A DNA stretch of 63,778 bases, filler included, from Chiloscyllium plagiosum (taxonomy: Eukaryota), in NCBI RefSeq assembly GCF_004010195.1. It is 3 parts of one record of this genome, joined end to end, with 100 filler letters (N's around TTAATTAATTAA, not from the genome) between each part and the next. Parts side by side here need not be neighbours in the genome. Positions count along the whole stretch, not along the records: positions 30,803 to 60,585 come from NC_057717.1; 2 more parts are not named here. One strand, 5' to 3'. The translations under genes and the position numbers were made by a program. Every line of letters starts with the position of its first letter. Within the stretch, counting starts at the first letter, position 1. The notes under the pieces are model-generated. The model worked only from the letters and a program-made list of their open reading frames with translations, ran no database searches and was not told the DNA's origin. Below, piece by piece: positions 36,801-51,800 of the stretch.

Positions 36801-39800
36801 CGTCCACACGCCATCCCCAGCCCGACCCTCACCGCCTTCCACACACCGCCTCCAGCCTGACCATCACTGCCGCCCACACACCGCCCCAGAATGACCCTCT
36901 CTACCGTCCACACACCACCAACTGCCTGACCCTCACCATCGTCCACACACCGCCCCCAGCCTGACCTTCACTGCCACCCTCACACCGTCTCCAGCCTGGC
37001 CCTCTCTGCCGCCCACACACCACCCCCAGAATGACCCTCACTACCGTCCACACACCGCCACCAGCCTGACCCTCACTGCCGTCCACAAACCACCCCAAGG
37101 CTGACCCTTACCGCCGTCCACACACCATCTCCAGCCTGAGCCTCACTGCCGTCTACACACCACCCCCAGAATGACCCTCACTACCATCCACACATCGCCC
37201 TCAGCTTGACCGGAACCGCCGTCCACACTCAGCCCCCAGCCTGTTGCACACTGCCATCCACACTCTGACTACATCCTGACCCTCCCCTCCGAACACACAC
37301 AGCCCCAGCCTGACCCCAACTGCAGTTCACACTCTGCGCCCAACCTGACCTCAAATGCCGAGCACACACTGCCCCTAGCCTGACCCTCACCGCTGCTCAC
37401 ACACCGCCCCTAGACTGAAGCTAACCGCCGTCCAACACTGACACAAGCCTGACCATCAACACCGTCCACACGTTGCCCCCAGCCTGACCCTCACTGCCAT
37501 CCTCACACCGCCCCCAGCCTGACTGTCACCACTGCCCACATACCGCCCCCAGCCTGACCCTCACTGAAACCCACACACCGTCTCCAGCCTGACCCTCCAC
37601 ACCACCCCCAGCCTGACCCTTATTGACGAAAAACTCAGTGTCCCCAGACTGACCCTCACCGCTGTCCACCAAAAACCCCAACCTGACCCTCACCATTGTC
37701 CATCAACCATCCCCAGCCTGATTCTCACCACTGTACAAAGCTGCAACAAGCCCGACCCTCACCGCCGACCACACACCACCCTCAGCCTGACCCACACTTC
37801 CGTCCACACACTGCACCCAGACTGACCCTCACTGCCGTCCACACACATCGCCCCCAGCCTGACAATCATCGCCGTCCACACACCGCACCCAGACTGACCC
37901 TCACTGCCATCCGCACACCTTCACCCAGACTGACCCTCACTGCCATCCGCACACCGCATCCGGCTTGACCCTCACTGCCATCCGCACACCGCACCGAGAC
38001 TGACCCTCATTACCGTCCACTCACCACACCCAGCCTGACCCTCATTGCCATCCGCACACCGCACCCAGACTGACCCTCACTGCCATCCGCACACCGCATC
38101 CGGCTTGACCCTCACTGCCATCCGCACACCGCACCGAGACTGACCCTCATTACCGTCCACTCACCACACCCAGCCTGACCCTCATTACCGTCCACACACC
38201 GCACCAAGAATGACCCTCATTACCGTCCACACACCACACCCAACCTGACCCTAATTACCGTCCGCACACGGCACCAAGACTGACCCTCACTGCCTTCCGC
38301 ACACCGCACCAAGACTGACGCTCACTGCCATCCACACAACGCACCAACACTGACCCTCACCGTCGTCCACACACCGCCCCCAGCCTGACCTTCACTGCCA
38401 CCCTTACACCGTCTCCAGCCTGGCCCTCTCTGCCGCCCACACACCACCCCCAGAATGACCCTCACTACCGTCCACACACCGCCACCAGCCTGACCCTCAC
38501 TGCCGTCCTCAAACCACCGCAAGTCTGACCCTCACCGCCGCCTACACACCGCCCCCAGCCTGACCCTCCTCTCTGCCAATTCAGCGCACCCAGCCAGACG
38601 CTCACCACCTTCCACCCGCCGCCCACAGCCTGACGCTCACCACCATCCACACACCACCCCCAGCGTGATCCTCACTGCCGTCCGCACACCACCCCCATCC
38701 TGACCCTTCCGCCGTCCATGCACCACCCACAGCCTGACCATCACCGCCGTCCACATCCCCCCCAGCCTGACCCTCATTTACGTCAAACACACTGCCCCCA
38801 GCCTGACCTCACTGCCGAGCAACAACCGTCCCCAGCCTGAACCCCACCACTGACCAAAGCCGCAACAAACCTGACCCTCACCGCCGACCTCACACCGCCC
38901 CCAGACTAACCCTCACTGCCGTGCACACACCGCACCCAGACGGACCCTCACTGCCGTCCACACACCCACCCAGACTGACCCTAACTGCTGTCCACACACT
39001 TCACCCAGACTGACCCTCACTGCCATCCACAAATTGCCCTAGCATGACCCTCACCACCATCTCCAAACCACTCCTAGCCTGACCCTCACCACCGTCCACA
39101 CCCTACCCCCAGCCTGACCCTCACCACCGCCCACACAACTCCCCACGCCTGACCCTCACCACCACTCACACGATCCCCCAGCCGAACTCTGACCGCCGCC
39201 CACACACCAGCCCCACAATGTCCCTCACCGCCGTCCACACACCGCACCCAGCCTGACCCTCTCTGCCATCCACATGCTGACCCCAGCCTGTCCCTCACTG
39301 CCACCCACATACCGAACCCAGCCTGACCCTCACCACCCCCAGCCTGACCATCTCTGCCATCCACATGCTGACCCCAGCCTGTCCCTCACTGCCACCCACA
39401 TACCGACCCCAGCCTGACCCTCACCACCCCCAGCCTGACCATCATCGACGTCAAACACACCACCCACAGCCTGACCCTGACCGCCATCCACCAACTGCCC
39501 CCAGCCTCACCCCCACCGCCGTCAGCAAACACCCCGGCCTGAAACACATTGCCGTCCTACACTGCTACAAACCTACCATCACTCTGCCCTATACCACCCC
39601 AGCCTAATCCTCACTGCTGTCCACCAATGATCCAAGCCTGACCATCTCCACCGTCCACACACTACCCCAGCCTGACCGTCATCGACATCAAACACATCGT
39701 CACCAGTCTGACCCCACCGCCGTCCACCAACCGCCCCCAGCCTGACGCCCACTGCTGTCCACTCACCGCGCCCTGCCTGACGCCCATTGCCGTCCAACAC

Positions 39801-42800
39801 TGCCACAAAAGTGACCCTCATCCAATACTGCCCTCTGCCTGACCCTCACAGCCGTCCACAGACCGCCCCCAGCCTGATCCCGACCGTCGTTCACACACTG
39901 ACCTCAGCCTGACCGTTCCCTCCGAACACACAGCGCCCATAGCCTTACCCCCACCATAGTCCAACAGCGCCCCCAGCCTGAAGCTCACCACTGTCCACAC
40001 ACCGCCCCCAGTCTGACCCTCACTGCTGACCACACACCATCTAAAACGTGACCCTCACCACCACCCACACGCAACCCCAAACCTGACACTCACCGCCATC
40101 CACACACCGCCCACAACCTGACCCTCACTACCATCTGCATACCGGCCCCAGCCTGACCCGCACTGCCGTCCACACGCCGTCCCTAGCCCGACGCTCACCG
40201 CCATCCACACGCCATCCACAGCCTGACCGTCACTGCCATCCGCACACCGCCACCAGCATGATCCTCACCACCGTACACACCCCGCCATCAGCCTGTCCCT
40301 CACCGCCGTCCACAAACCGTCCCTAACATTATCCTCACTGCCATCCACACACCAACCCCAGCCTGCCTCTCACCGCTGACCACACACCTTCCCTAGCTGA
40401 CCCTCAATACCACCCACACACTGCACCCAGCCTGTCCCTCACCGCGGTCCAACACCTTCCCAACCTGACCCTCAAGGTCGTCCACACGCCGTCCCCAGCC
40501 TGACGCTCACCGCTATCGACATGCCACCCACAGCCTGACCCTCACTGCCATCTGCACACCGCCACCAGCCTGACCCTCACCATGATACACACCCCATCAC
40601 CAGCCTGTCCCTCACCGCCATCCAACACCTTCCCAGCCTGACCCCCACCACCATCCACACACCGCCCTCAGCCTGACCCTCATCACCGTGCACACACACT
40701 ACCCGCAGCTTGACCTTCACCGCCGTTCAATAACGCCCCAGCCTGACCCTCACCGCCGTCCAATAACGCCCCAGACTGACCCTCACTGCCGTCCAATCAA
40801 GCCCCAACCTGACCTTCACCATCGCCCAATACAGCCCCAGCCTGACCCTCACCGCCATCCACCAACCGCGCCCTGCCTAACACCCACTACCATCCAACAC
40901 TGCCACAAACTGACCCTCACTGCCGTCCAATACTGCCCTTGCCTGACCCTCACCACCGTCCACACACCGCCCACAGCCTGACGCCCACCATCGTTCACAC
41001 ACCGACCCCAGCCTGATCGTCCCCTCCAAACACACACTGCCCACAGCCTTACCCCCACCGGAGTCCAACACCGCCCCAGCCTGTAGTTCACCGCTGCCCA
41101 CACACCGCCCCCAGCCTGACCCTCTGCTCTGCGAAATCACCGCCCAGCCTAACCCTCACTGCCATCCACACACCGACCCCAGACTGACCCTCACCACCGT
41201 CCACCAATGACTCCAGCCTCACCCTCATCACCGTGCACACGCATCACCTGCAGCTTGACACTCACCGGCGTCCAATAACGCACCAACCTGACCATCACCG
41301 CCGCCCAATACCGCCCCAGCCGGACCATCACCGCCGTCCACCAACCGTGCCCTGCCTGACACCCACTGCCATCCAACACTACCACAAAACTGACCCTCAC
41401 CGCCGTCCAATAATGCCCCCTGCCTGAACCTCACTGCCGTCCAAAGACTGTCCTTAGCCTGACACTCACCAGTGTCCACACACCGCCTCCAACCTGACCC
41501 CCCACCGTCGTTCACACACCGACCACAGCTTGACCGTCCCCTCCGAACACACACCGCCCACAGCCTTACACCTACCGCAGTCCATTACTTCCACGAGCCT
41601 GAAGCTCACCGCTGCCCACACACCGCCCCCAGCCTGACCCTCACGCCATCCAACATTGACCCAGCCTGACCCTCACCGCAGTCCGCACGCCGCACCCACC
41701 CTGACCTTCACAGCCGTCCACACACGGCACCCTGACTGACCCTCACTGTTGTCTAAACGCCGCCCCCAGTCTGTCCCTCAATGCTATCCTCACACGACCC
41801 CAGCCTGACACACTCAGTCGTCCACCTGACCTTCACTGCCATCCACACACCATCCCCAAACTGACCCTCACTGCCCTCCACCAACCGCCCCGGCCTGAAC
41901 CCCACCACTAGCCAACACTGTCACAAGCCTGACCCTCACCGCCGCCCAATACCGCCCCAGCCTGACTCTCATCACCGCGCACACCCCACCCCTAGCCAGA
42001 CCCTCACCGCCGTCCACACTCCACCTCCAGCCTGAACTTCACCTCCGCCTACACACCGCCCCCAGCCTGACCCTCACTGCCATCCACACACCGTCCCCAA
42101 ACTGACCCTCACTGCCGTCCACCAACCGCCCCGGCCTGAACCCCGCCACTAGCCAACACTGTCACAAGCCTGACCCTCACCGCCGCGCACATACCACCCC
42201 CAGCCTGACCTCACCGCCGTCCACACACCACACCCAGCCTGACCCTCACCGCCGACCACACACCCCCATAGCCTGACCTCACTGCTGTCCACACACCACC
42301 CCCGCCTGACACTCACCATCATCCACACACCGCTCCCAGTCTGATGCTCACCGCTGTCCACACGTCACCCACAGCCTGACCCTCACTTCCATCTGCACAC
42401 CGCCGCCAGCCTGACCCTCACTGCCGTCCACACGACGTCCCCAGATTGACTCTCACCACCGTTCAGCACTGCCCCAGCATGACACTCACCACGGTCCACA
42501 CACCGCCACCAGCCTGTCCCTCAGCGCCCTCCAACACTGACCCAAACCTGAACCTCATCGCTGTCGACACACCGCCCCCAGCCTGACCTCACCGCCATTC
42601 ACACACCACCCCCAGCCTGACCCTCTCTGCTGACCACACACCACCCATAGCCTGACCTCAGCGCCGTCCACACACCACCCCCAGCCTGACCCTCACCGCC
42701 GACCACACACCACCCATAGCCTGACCTCACTGCTGTCCACACACCACCCCCGTCTGACACTCACCATCATCCACACACCGCTCCCAGCCTGATGCGCACC

Positions 42801-45800
42801 ACCATCCACACACCGCCCACAGGCGGACCCTCAATGCCATCCAACACTGACCCACACTGACCATCACTGCTGTTCACACACCGGCCCTAGCCTGACCCTC
42901 ACCGCTGTCCACACGCTGCCCCCAGCCTGACCCCCTCCATCGTGTACATACCGCCAGCAACTTCCCCCAGACTGAACCTCATCGCTGCCCACACACTGCA
43001 TCCTTCCTGACCCTCACCGCTGTCTACACACCGACCCCAGCTTGACCCTCGCTGCTGTCCACACGCTGCCCCCAGCCTGACCCCCTCCATCGTGTACATA
43101 CCGCCAGCATCTTCCCGCAGACTGAACCTCATCGCTGCCCACACACTGCATCCTTCCTGACCCTCACCGCTGTCTACACACCGACCCCAGCTTGACCCTC
43201 ACCGCCGACCACACGCTGCCCCAGCCTGACCCTCACCACCATCCACACACCTCCAGCCTGACACTCATCGACATCAAACATACTGCCCACTGCCTGACCC
43301 TCACTGCCGACCACCAACTGCACACAGCCTGACTCCCAACGTCGTCCACACATCACCCATAGCCTGAACCTCACCATCATCCACACACCGCTCCCAGCCT
43401 GACGCGCACCACCGTTCACACACCACCTTAAGCCTGACACTCAATGCCATATAACACTGAGCCAGCCTGACCCTCACAGTCGTCCGCAAACCGCACCCAC
43501 ACTGACCCTCACTGCCATCCACAAACTGCACCCTGCCTGACCCTCATCGCTGTCTACACACCGCTCCTAGCGTGACGCTCACCGCTGTGCTCACTCTGCC
43601 CCAAGCCTAACCCTCATCAACGTCAAACACACCGTCCACAGCGTGACCCTCACCGCCATCCACCACAGCTCCCAACCTGACAACGACCTCCATGAACCAA
43701 CTGCCCCCAGCCTGACACCCACCTCCCTCCACACACCAACCCCAGCCTGACCCTCACCACCGTCCACACACCTGCCCACAGCCTGACCCTCACCACCCCC
43801 AGCTCGATCCTCATCGACGTCAAACACACCGCTCACAGCCTGACACTCACCGCCGTCCACCAACTGCCCCCAGGCTGACCTCCACCACCGTCCACCCATC
43901 TCCCCCAACCTGACCGCCACTGCGGTCAAACACTACCACAAACGTGACCCTCACCGCCGTCCACACACCAGCCCCAGCCTGACCCTGACGGCCGTCCAAC
44001 CCCTCCCCCAGTCTGTCCCTCACTGCTGTCCACACACTACACCAAGCCTGACCCCTACCGCCGTCCACATGCCGCCCCCAGCCTGTCGCTCACTGCTATC
44101 GTCACACGCCCCCAGCCTAACTCTCACAGCCGTCCAGCACCGTCCCATTTTTACCCTCACCACCATCTACACAGCGCCCCCAGCCTGACCCTCACCGCCA
44201 TCTAAACACTATCCCCAGCCTGACTGTCTCCGCAGTCAACACACCGCCTCCAGCCTGAACCTCACCACAGTCCACACACGACCCCCAGCCTGACCCTCAC
44301 CACTGCCCACACACCGCCCCCAGCCTGAACCTCACCACAGTCCACACATGACCTCCAGCCTGACCCTCGTCACCGCCAACACACTGTCCCCAGACTGACC
44401 CTCTCCGCCGACCACACACCACCCGTTTCCTGAAACTCATCACTGCCCACACACAGCGCCCAGCCTGATCCTCATTGTCAACCACACACTGCACCCTGAA
44501 TGACCTCACCGCTGTCTACACAACGCCCCTAGCCTGACCTTCACCGCTGTCCACACGCTGCCCCCAGCCTGACCCTCATCGACGTCAAACACACCGTCCA
44601 CAGCGTGACCCTCATCGCCGTCCACTACTGCCCCCAGCCTGACAACCACCTCCGTCCACCACTTCCCCCAGCCTCACAACCACCTCCGTCCACTAACTGC
44701 CCCCAGCTTGACACCCAACTCCCTCCACACACCACCCCCAGCCTGACCCTCAGCACCGTCCACACACCACCACCAGCCTGACACTCAGGGACGTCCACGC
44801 ACCATCCCCAGCATGACCCTCATCGACATCGAAGACACTGCTCACAGCCTGACTCTCACCACTGTCCAATAACTGCCACTAGGCTGACCCCCACCACCGT
44901 CCACCCATCGCCAGCAGCTGGACCCCAACCACCGTCAAACACTGCCACAAACATGACTCCTCCCGTCGTTTACACGCCGCCCCCAGCCTGTCCCTCACTG
45001 CTGTCCTCACACGACCCCAGCCTGATACTCACAGCCGTCCACACCCCGTCCCCAGCCTAACTCTCACGGGTGTCCAGCACCGCCCCAGTCTGAGTCTCAC
45101 CGCCATCTACACACCACCCCCAGCCTGACGTTCACCGTCATCCACACACTGTCCCCAGATTGTCCATCAATTCTGACCACATACAACCCATATCCTGAAC
45201 CTCATCGCTGTCTACACACCGCCCCCATCCTGACTTTCACCGCCATCCACACGCCACCCATAACCTGACCCTCACCGCTGTACACACGACCCCCAGCCTA
45301 AACCTCACCGCCGAATACACACCACCCATATTCTGAAACTCATCGCTGTCCACACACTGCGCCCAGCCTGACCCTCACTGCCATCCATACACCACTCCCC
45401 ACCTGACCCTCACCATTATCCACACACTGCTCCCAGCCTGATGCGCCCCACCGTCCACACACCACTAATAGCCTGAACTCCACCGCTATTCACACACTGC
45501 CCCCAACCTAACCCTCAACGCCATCCAACACTGACCCACCTTGACTCTCACTGCCGTCCACACAGGGCACCCTGCCTGACCCTCATTGCTGTCCACACAC
45601 TGCCCCCAACCTGACCCTCATAGACGTCAAACACACCGTCCACAGCGTGACCCCCACCGCCATTCACCACAGCCCGCAGCCTAACAACCACCTCCGTCCA
45701 CACACGGCACCCTGCCTGACCCTCACCACCATCCACCAACTATACCCTGCCTGACCCTCACCGCTGTCTACACACCACTCCTAGCCTGACCCCCACCATC

Positions 45801-48800
45801 ATCTACACACCACCACAAGCATGACGCTCAACGCCATCCAACACTGACCCAAGCCTGACTCTCACCACCGTCCAACACTGATCCAAGCCTGACCCTCACT
45901 GCCGTCCACACACTGCACCCACCCTGACCCTCACCGCCGTCCAACACTGCCACAAGTCTGACCCTCACCGCCATCCACACACCACTCACAGCCTGACCCT
46001 CACTGCCAACTACACACCACCCCTAGCCTGACCCTCACCGCTGCCTATACACCAGCCCAGCTTGACACTCATCGCCCTCCAACACTGATCCAATCCTGAA
46101 CTTCATCGCTGTCTACACACCACCCCCAGTCTGCCCCTCACCGCCGACCACACACCACCCATATCCTGAAACCCATCGCTGCCCACACACTGCCCCCAGC
46201 CTGACCCTCACTGTCGTCCACACACCACCCCCCTCCTGACCCTCGCCGCCGTCCGCACACCGCCCACCCTGAGCCTCACTGCTGTTCACACACTGTACCC
46301 CGCCTGACCCTCTCCGCTTTCTACACACCACCCCTAGCCTGACCCTCACTGCTGTCCACACGCTGCCCCCAGCCTGACCCCCTCCATCGTTCATAAACTG
46401 CCAGCAACTGACCCCAGCCTGACCCTCACCGCCGACCACACACCACCCATAGCCTGAACCTCATCGCTGCCCACACACTGCGCCCAGCCTGCCTCTCACT
46501 GCCGTCCACACACCACCCCCGCCTGACCCTCACCTTCATCCACACACTGCTCCCAGCCTGATGCGCACCACCGTCCACACACCACTCACAGCCTGAACTG
46601 CACCACCGTCCACACACCGCCCCCAGCCTGACCCTCACCACAGTCCGCACACTACACCCAACCTGACCCTCACTGCCGTCCACTCACAGCACCCTGCCTG
46701 ACCCGCACTGCTGTCCACACGCTGACCCCAGCCTGTCCCTCACTGCTATGCTCACACGACCCCAGCCTGACACTCTTAGCCGTCCACAACCCGTCCCCTG
46801 CCCTAACTCTCACAGCCATCCAGCATCGTCCCAATCTAACCCTCACCGCCATCGGCAAACCACCCCCAGTCTGACCCTAACAGCCATCTAAATACCACCC
46901 CCAGTCTGACCCTCACCGCAGTTAGCACACCACCCGCAGCCTGACCCTCACCACAGTCCACACATGACCCCCAGCTTGACCCACACCACTGTCCACACAT
47001 GACCCCCAGCCTGACCCTCACCACTGCCCACACACCGCCCCCGACTGACCCTCACCACCACCCACACACTGTCCCCAGACTGACCCTCACCACCGCCAAC
47101 TACACGCGGCCCCCAGCCTGACCCTCACCGCCATCCACTAACTGTCCCCAGGCTGACCACCACCACCGTCGACCCATCGCCTCCAGTCTGACCCCAACTT
47201 CCGTCAAATACTACCACAAACCTGATCCTCAACGCCGTCCACACACCGCCCCCAGCCTGACCCATACAGCTGTCCAACACCGCCCCCTGCCTGTCCCTCA
47301 CTGACGTCCACACATCGCACCAAGTCTGACCACAACTGCCATCCACATGCCGCCCCCAGCCTGTCCCTCACTGCCATTCTCACAAGCCCCCAGCCTGATG
47401 CTCATGGCCATCCACACATCACCCCCAGCCTAATTCTCACGGCCATCCATCACCGCCCCAGTCTGACCCTCACCGCCATCTACACACCGACCCCAGCCTG
47501 ACCCTCACCACCATCCACATATGACCCCCTGCCTGACTCTCACCACCGCCGACACACTGTCCCAGACTGACCCTCACTGCCGTCCACACACCACCCATAA
47601 CTTGCACCTCACCACCGTCCACACATCACCCATATCATGACCCTCACCGCCGTACACACACCACCCCCAGCCTGACACTCACCGCCAACCACACACCACC
47701 CATATCCTGAAACTCATCGCTGCACACTCTGCGTCCAGCCTGACCCTCACTGCCGTCCACACACCGCCCCCAGCCTGACCCTCACGCCATCCAACACTGA
47801 CCTAGCCTGACCCTCACTGCCCTCCGCACACTGCACCCACCCTGACCCTCACTGCCATCCACACACTGCACCCTGCCTGAACCTCAGCGCTCTCTGCACA
47901 CCGCCCCTATCCTGGCCCTCACCGCTGTCCACACGCTGCCCCCAGCCTGACCCCCTCCATCGTCCACATACCGCCAGCAACTGCCCATAGCCTGACCCTC
48001 ACCGCCGACCACACACCACCCATAGCCTGAACTGCAGTCCACCAACTGAAGCCAGCCTGACCTTCACCACCGTCCATACACCACCTCCAGTCTGACCCTC
48101 ATCGACATCGAACACATCACCCTCAGTCTGACTCTCACCACCGTCCACCAACCAACCACAGCCTGACCTCCATCGCCGTCCAACACTGCCACAAGCCTGA
48201 CCCTCACAGCCATCCAATACTGTCCCAGCCTGACCCTCACTGGCGCCCATACACCGCCTCTAGCCTGACATTCACCGCTGTCCACACACCACCCCCAGCC
48301 TGACCCTCACCACTGACCAGACACCGCGCCCAGCCTGACCCCCACCACAGCTCACCCACCGCCCACAGCCTGACCCTAACCATCATCCACATACCATTCC
48401 CAGACTGACGCTCAACGCCGTCCCCACACCGCACCCAGCCTGGCGCTCACCACCGCCCACACACAGTGCCCAGAGTGACCCTCACCGCCGTCCACTCAAC
48501 GCTCCTAGCCTGATTCTCACCGCCATCCACACACCACCCCCAGCATGAACCTCATTGACGATTAACACAGCGCCTCCAGCCTGACCCTCACTGCAGTCCA
48601 CCGACTGCCCACAGCCTGACCTTCAACACCGTCCACACACCACCGCCAGCCTGACCCTCACAACCGTCACACACCACCCCCAGCCTGACACTCACTGACA
48701 TCCGTGCACCATTCCCAGCGTGACCCTCATCGATGTCGAAGACACTGCTCACAGCCTGACCCTCACCGCCGTCCACCAACTGCCCCCAGGCTGATCCCCA

Positions 48801-51800
48801 CCACCGTCCACCCACCGCCCTGTGGTGAAACGGTTAAAAATTATGTCCCAATACATGTGTGAATCTAACCGGAATGGAGGTGTTGCTTAGTCCCGCCAGA
48901 CACCAAACGCCGTCAAACACTACCACAAACCTGACTCTCACCGCTGACCACACATCACCCCCAGCCTGACCCTCACCGCCGACCACACACCATCCATATC
49001 CTGAAACTCATCGCTGCACACACACAGCGCCCAGCCTGACCCTCACTGCCTTCCAGACACCACCCCCAGCCTGATCCTCACCGTCATCCACACACTGTCC
49101 CCAGATTGTCCATCAATGCCGAACACATACCAGCCATATCCTGAACCTCATCGCTGTCTACACACCGCCCCAACCTGACTTTCACCGCCGTCCATACACC
49201 ACCCTTAATCTGACCCTCACCGCTGTACACACGCTGCCCCTAGCCTGACCCGCTCCATCGTCTAAATACCGCCAGCAACTGCCCCTAGCCTGACCCTCAC
49301 CGCCAAACACGCACCACCCATAGCCTGAACCTCATCGCTGCCCACACACTGCGCCCAGCCTGCCTCTCACTGCCGTCCACACACCACCGCCCGCCTGACC
49401 CTCACCATCATCCACACACGGATCCCAGCCTGATGCGCACCATCGTCCACATACAACTCACAGCCTGAACTCCACCACCGTCCACACACCGTCCCCAGCC
49501 TGACCCTCAACGCCATCCAACCCTGACCCAGCCTGACCATCACCACAGTCCGCACGCCGCACCCACCCTGACCCTCACAGCCGTCCGCACACGGCACCCT
49601 GACTGACCCTCACTGCTGTCCACATGCCGCCCCCAACCTGTTCCTCACTGCTATCCTCACACAACCCCAGCCTGACACTCTCAGCCGTCCACACCCCGTC
49701 CCCTGACCTAACTCTGACAGCCGTCCAGCATCGCCCCATTCTAACCCTCACCGCCATCTACAAACCACCCCCAGCTTGACTCGCACATCCATCTAAATAC
49801 CACCCCCAGTCTGACCCTCACTGCTGTTAGATCACTGCCCGCAGCCTGACCCTCACCACAGTCCACACATGACCCCCAGCCTGACCCTCACCACTGTCCA
49901 CACGTGACCCCCAGCCTGACCCTCACCACCGCCCACACACACACTGTCCTAGACTGACCCTCACCGCCATCTACACACCACCCCAGCCTGATCCTAACCA
50001 CCATCCACACACCAGCCCCCAGCCTGACCCTCACCTTCCTCCACACACCACCCCCAGCCTGTCCCTCACCATTGTCCACACACCACCCCCAGCCTGACTC
50101 TCACTGACGTCCATGTACCATCACCAGCGTGACCCTCATCGACGTCAAACACACTGCTTACTGCCTGACACTCACCACCGTCTACCGACTGCACCCAGGC
50201 TGACCCCCACCCACCGTCCCCCCATTGCCGCCAGCCTTACCCCAACCGGTGTCCAACACCGCCCCCAGCCTTTCCCTCACTGCCGTCCACACACCATACC
50301 AAGCCTGACCCCTACCACCGTCTACACACCGCCCCCAGCCTGAACCTCACCGCCGTCCAACACTGACCCAGCCTGAACCTCACCACCATCCGCACACCGC
50401 ACCCTCCCTGACCCTCACTGCCTGTCACGCACTGCACCCTGCCTGACCCTCACTTCTGTCTACACACCGCCCCTAGCCTGACCCTCACCGCTGTGCTCAC
50501 GCTGCCCCCAGCTTGACCCCTACCACCGTCCAACACTACCCCCAGCCTGACCCCTACCGGTGTGCAACACCGCCCCCAGCCTGTCCCTCACTGCCGTACA
50601 CACACCGCACCAAGCCTGACCCCTACCGCCGTCTACACACTGCCCCCAGCCTGACCCTCACACCATCCAACACTGACCCAGCCTGAACCTCACCACCATC
50701 TGCACACCGCACCCACCCTGACCCTCACTGCTGTCCACGCACTGCACCCTGCCTAACCCTCACTTCTGTCTACACACCACCCCTCGCCTGATCCTCACCG
50801 CTGCCCCCAGCCTGACCCGCTCCATCGTCCACATACCGCCAGCAACTGCCCCCAGCCTGACCCTCACTGCCGACGACAACCACCCATAGCCTGAACCTCA
50901 TCGCTGCCCACACGCTGCGCCCAGCCTGAGCCTCACACCCGTCCACACACCACTCCCCGTCTGACCCTCACTATCATCCGCACACCGCTCCCAGCCTGAT
51001 GCGCACCACCGTCCACACACTGCCCCCAGTCTGATCCTTAACGCCATCCAAAACTGACGCAGCCTGACCCTCACCACCATCCGCACACCGCACCCACCCT
51101 GACCCTCACTGCCGTCCACACACTGAACGCTGCCTGACCATCACTTCTGTCTACACACCGCTCCTAGCCTGACCCTCACCGCTGTGCTCACGCTGCCCCC
51201 AGCCTGACCCTCATCGACGTCAAACACACCGTCCACATCGCGATCCTCACTGCCGTCCACCACCGCCCCCAGCCTGACAACCACCTCCGTCCACCAACTG
51301 CCCCCATCCTCACACCCACTTCCCTCCACACACCACCCCCAGCATGATCCTCACCACCGTCCACACACCACCCCCAGCCTGACACTCAGGGACGACCACG
51401 CACCATCCCCAGCGTGACCCTCATCGACGCCAAAGGCACTGCTCACAGGCTGACTGTCACCACCGTCCAATAACTGTCCCTCGGCTGATCCCCACCACCG
51501 TCCACCCATCGCCAGCAGCCGGACCCCAACCACCGTCAAACACTGCCGCAAACCTGACTCCTACCGCCGTTGACACGCCGCCCCCAGCCTGTCCCTCACT
51601 GCCATCCACACGCCGCCCCCAGCTTGTCCCTCACTGCTGTCCTCACACGACCCCAGCCTGATACTCACAGCCGTCCACTCCCCCTCCCCAGCCTAACTCT
51701 CACGGCCGTCCAGTACCGCCCCAGTCTGAGCCTCATCGCCATCTACACACCACCCCCAGCCTGACGTTCACCGCCAATCACACACCACCCATATCCTGAA

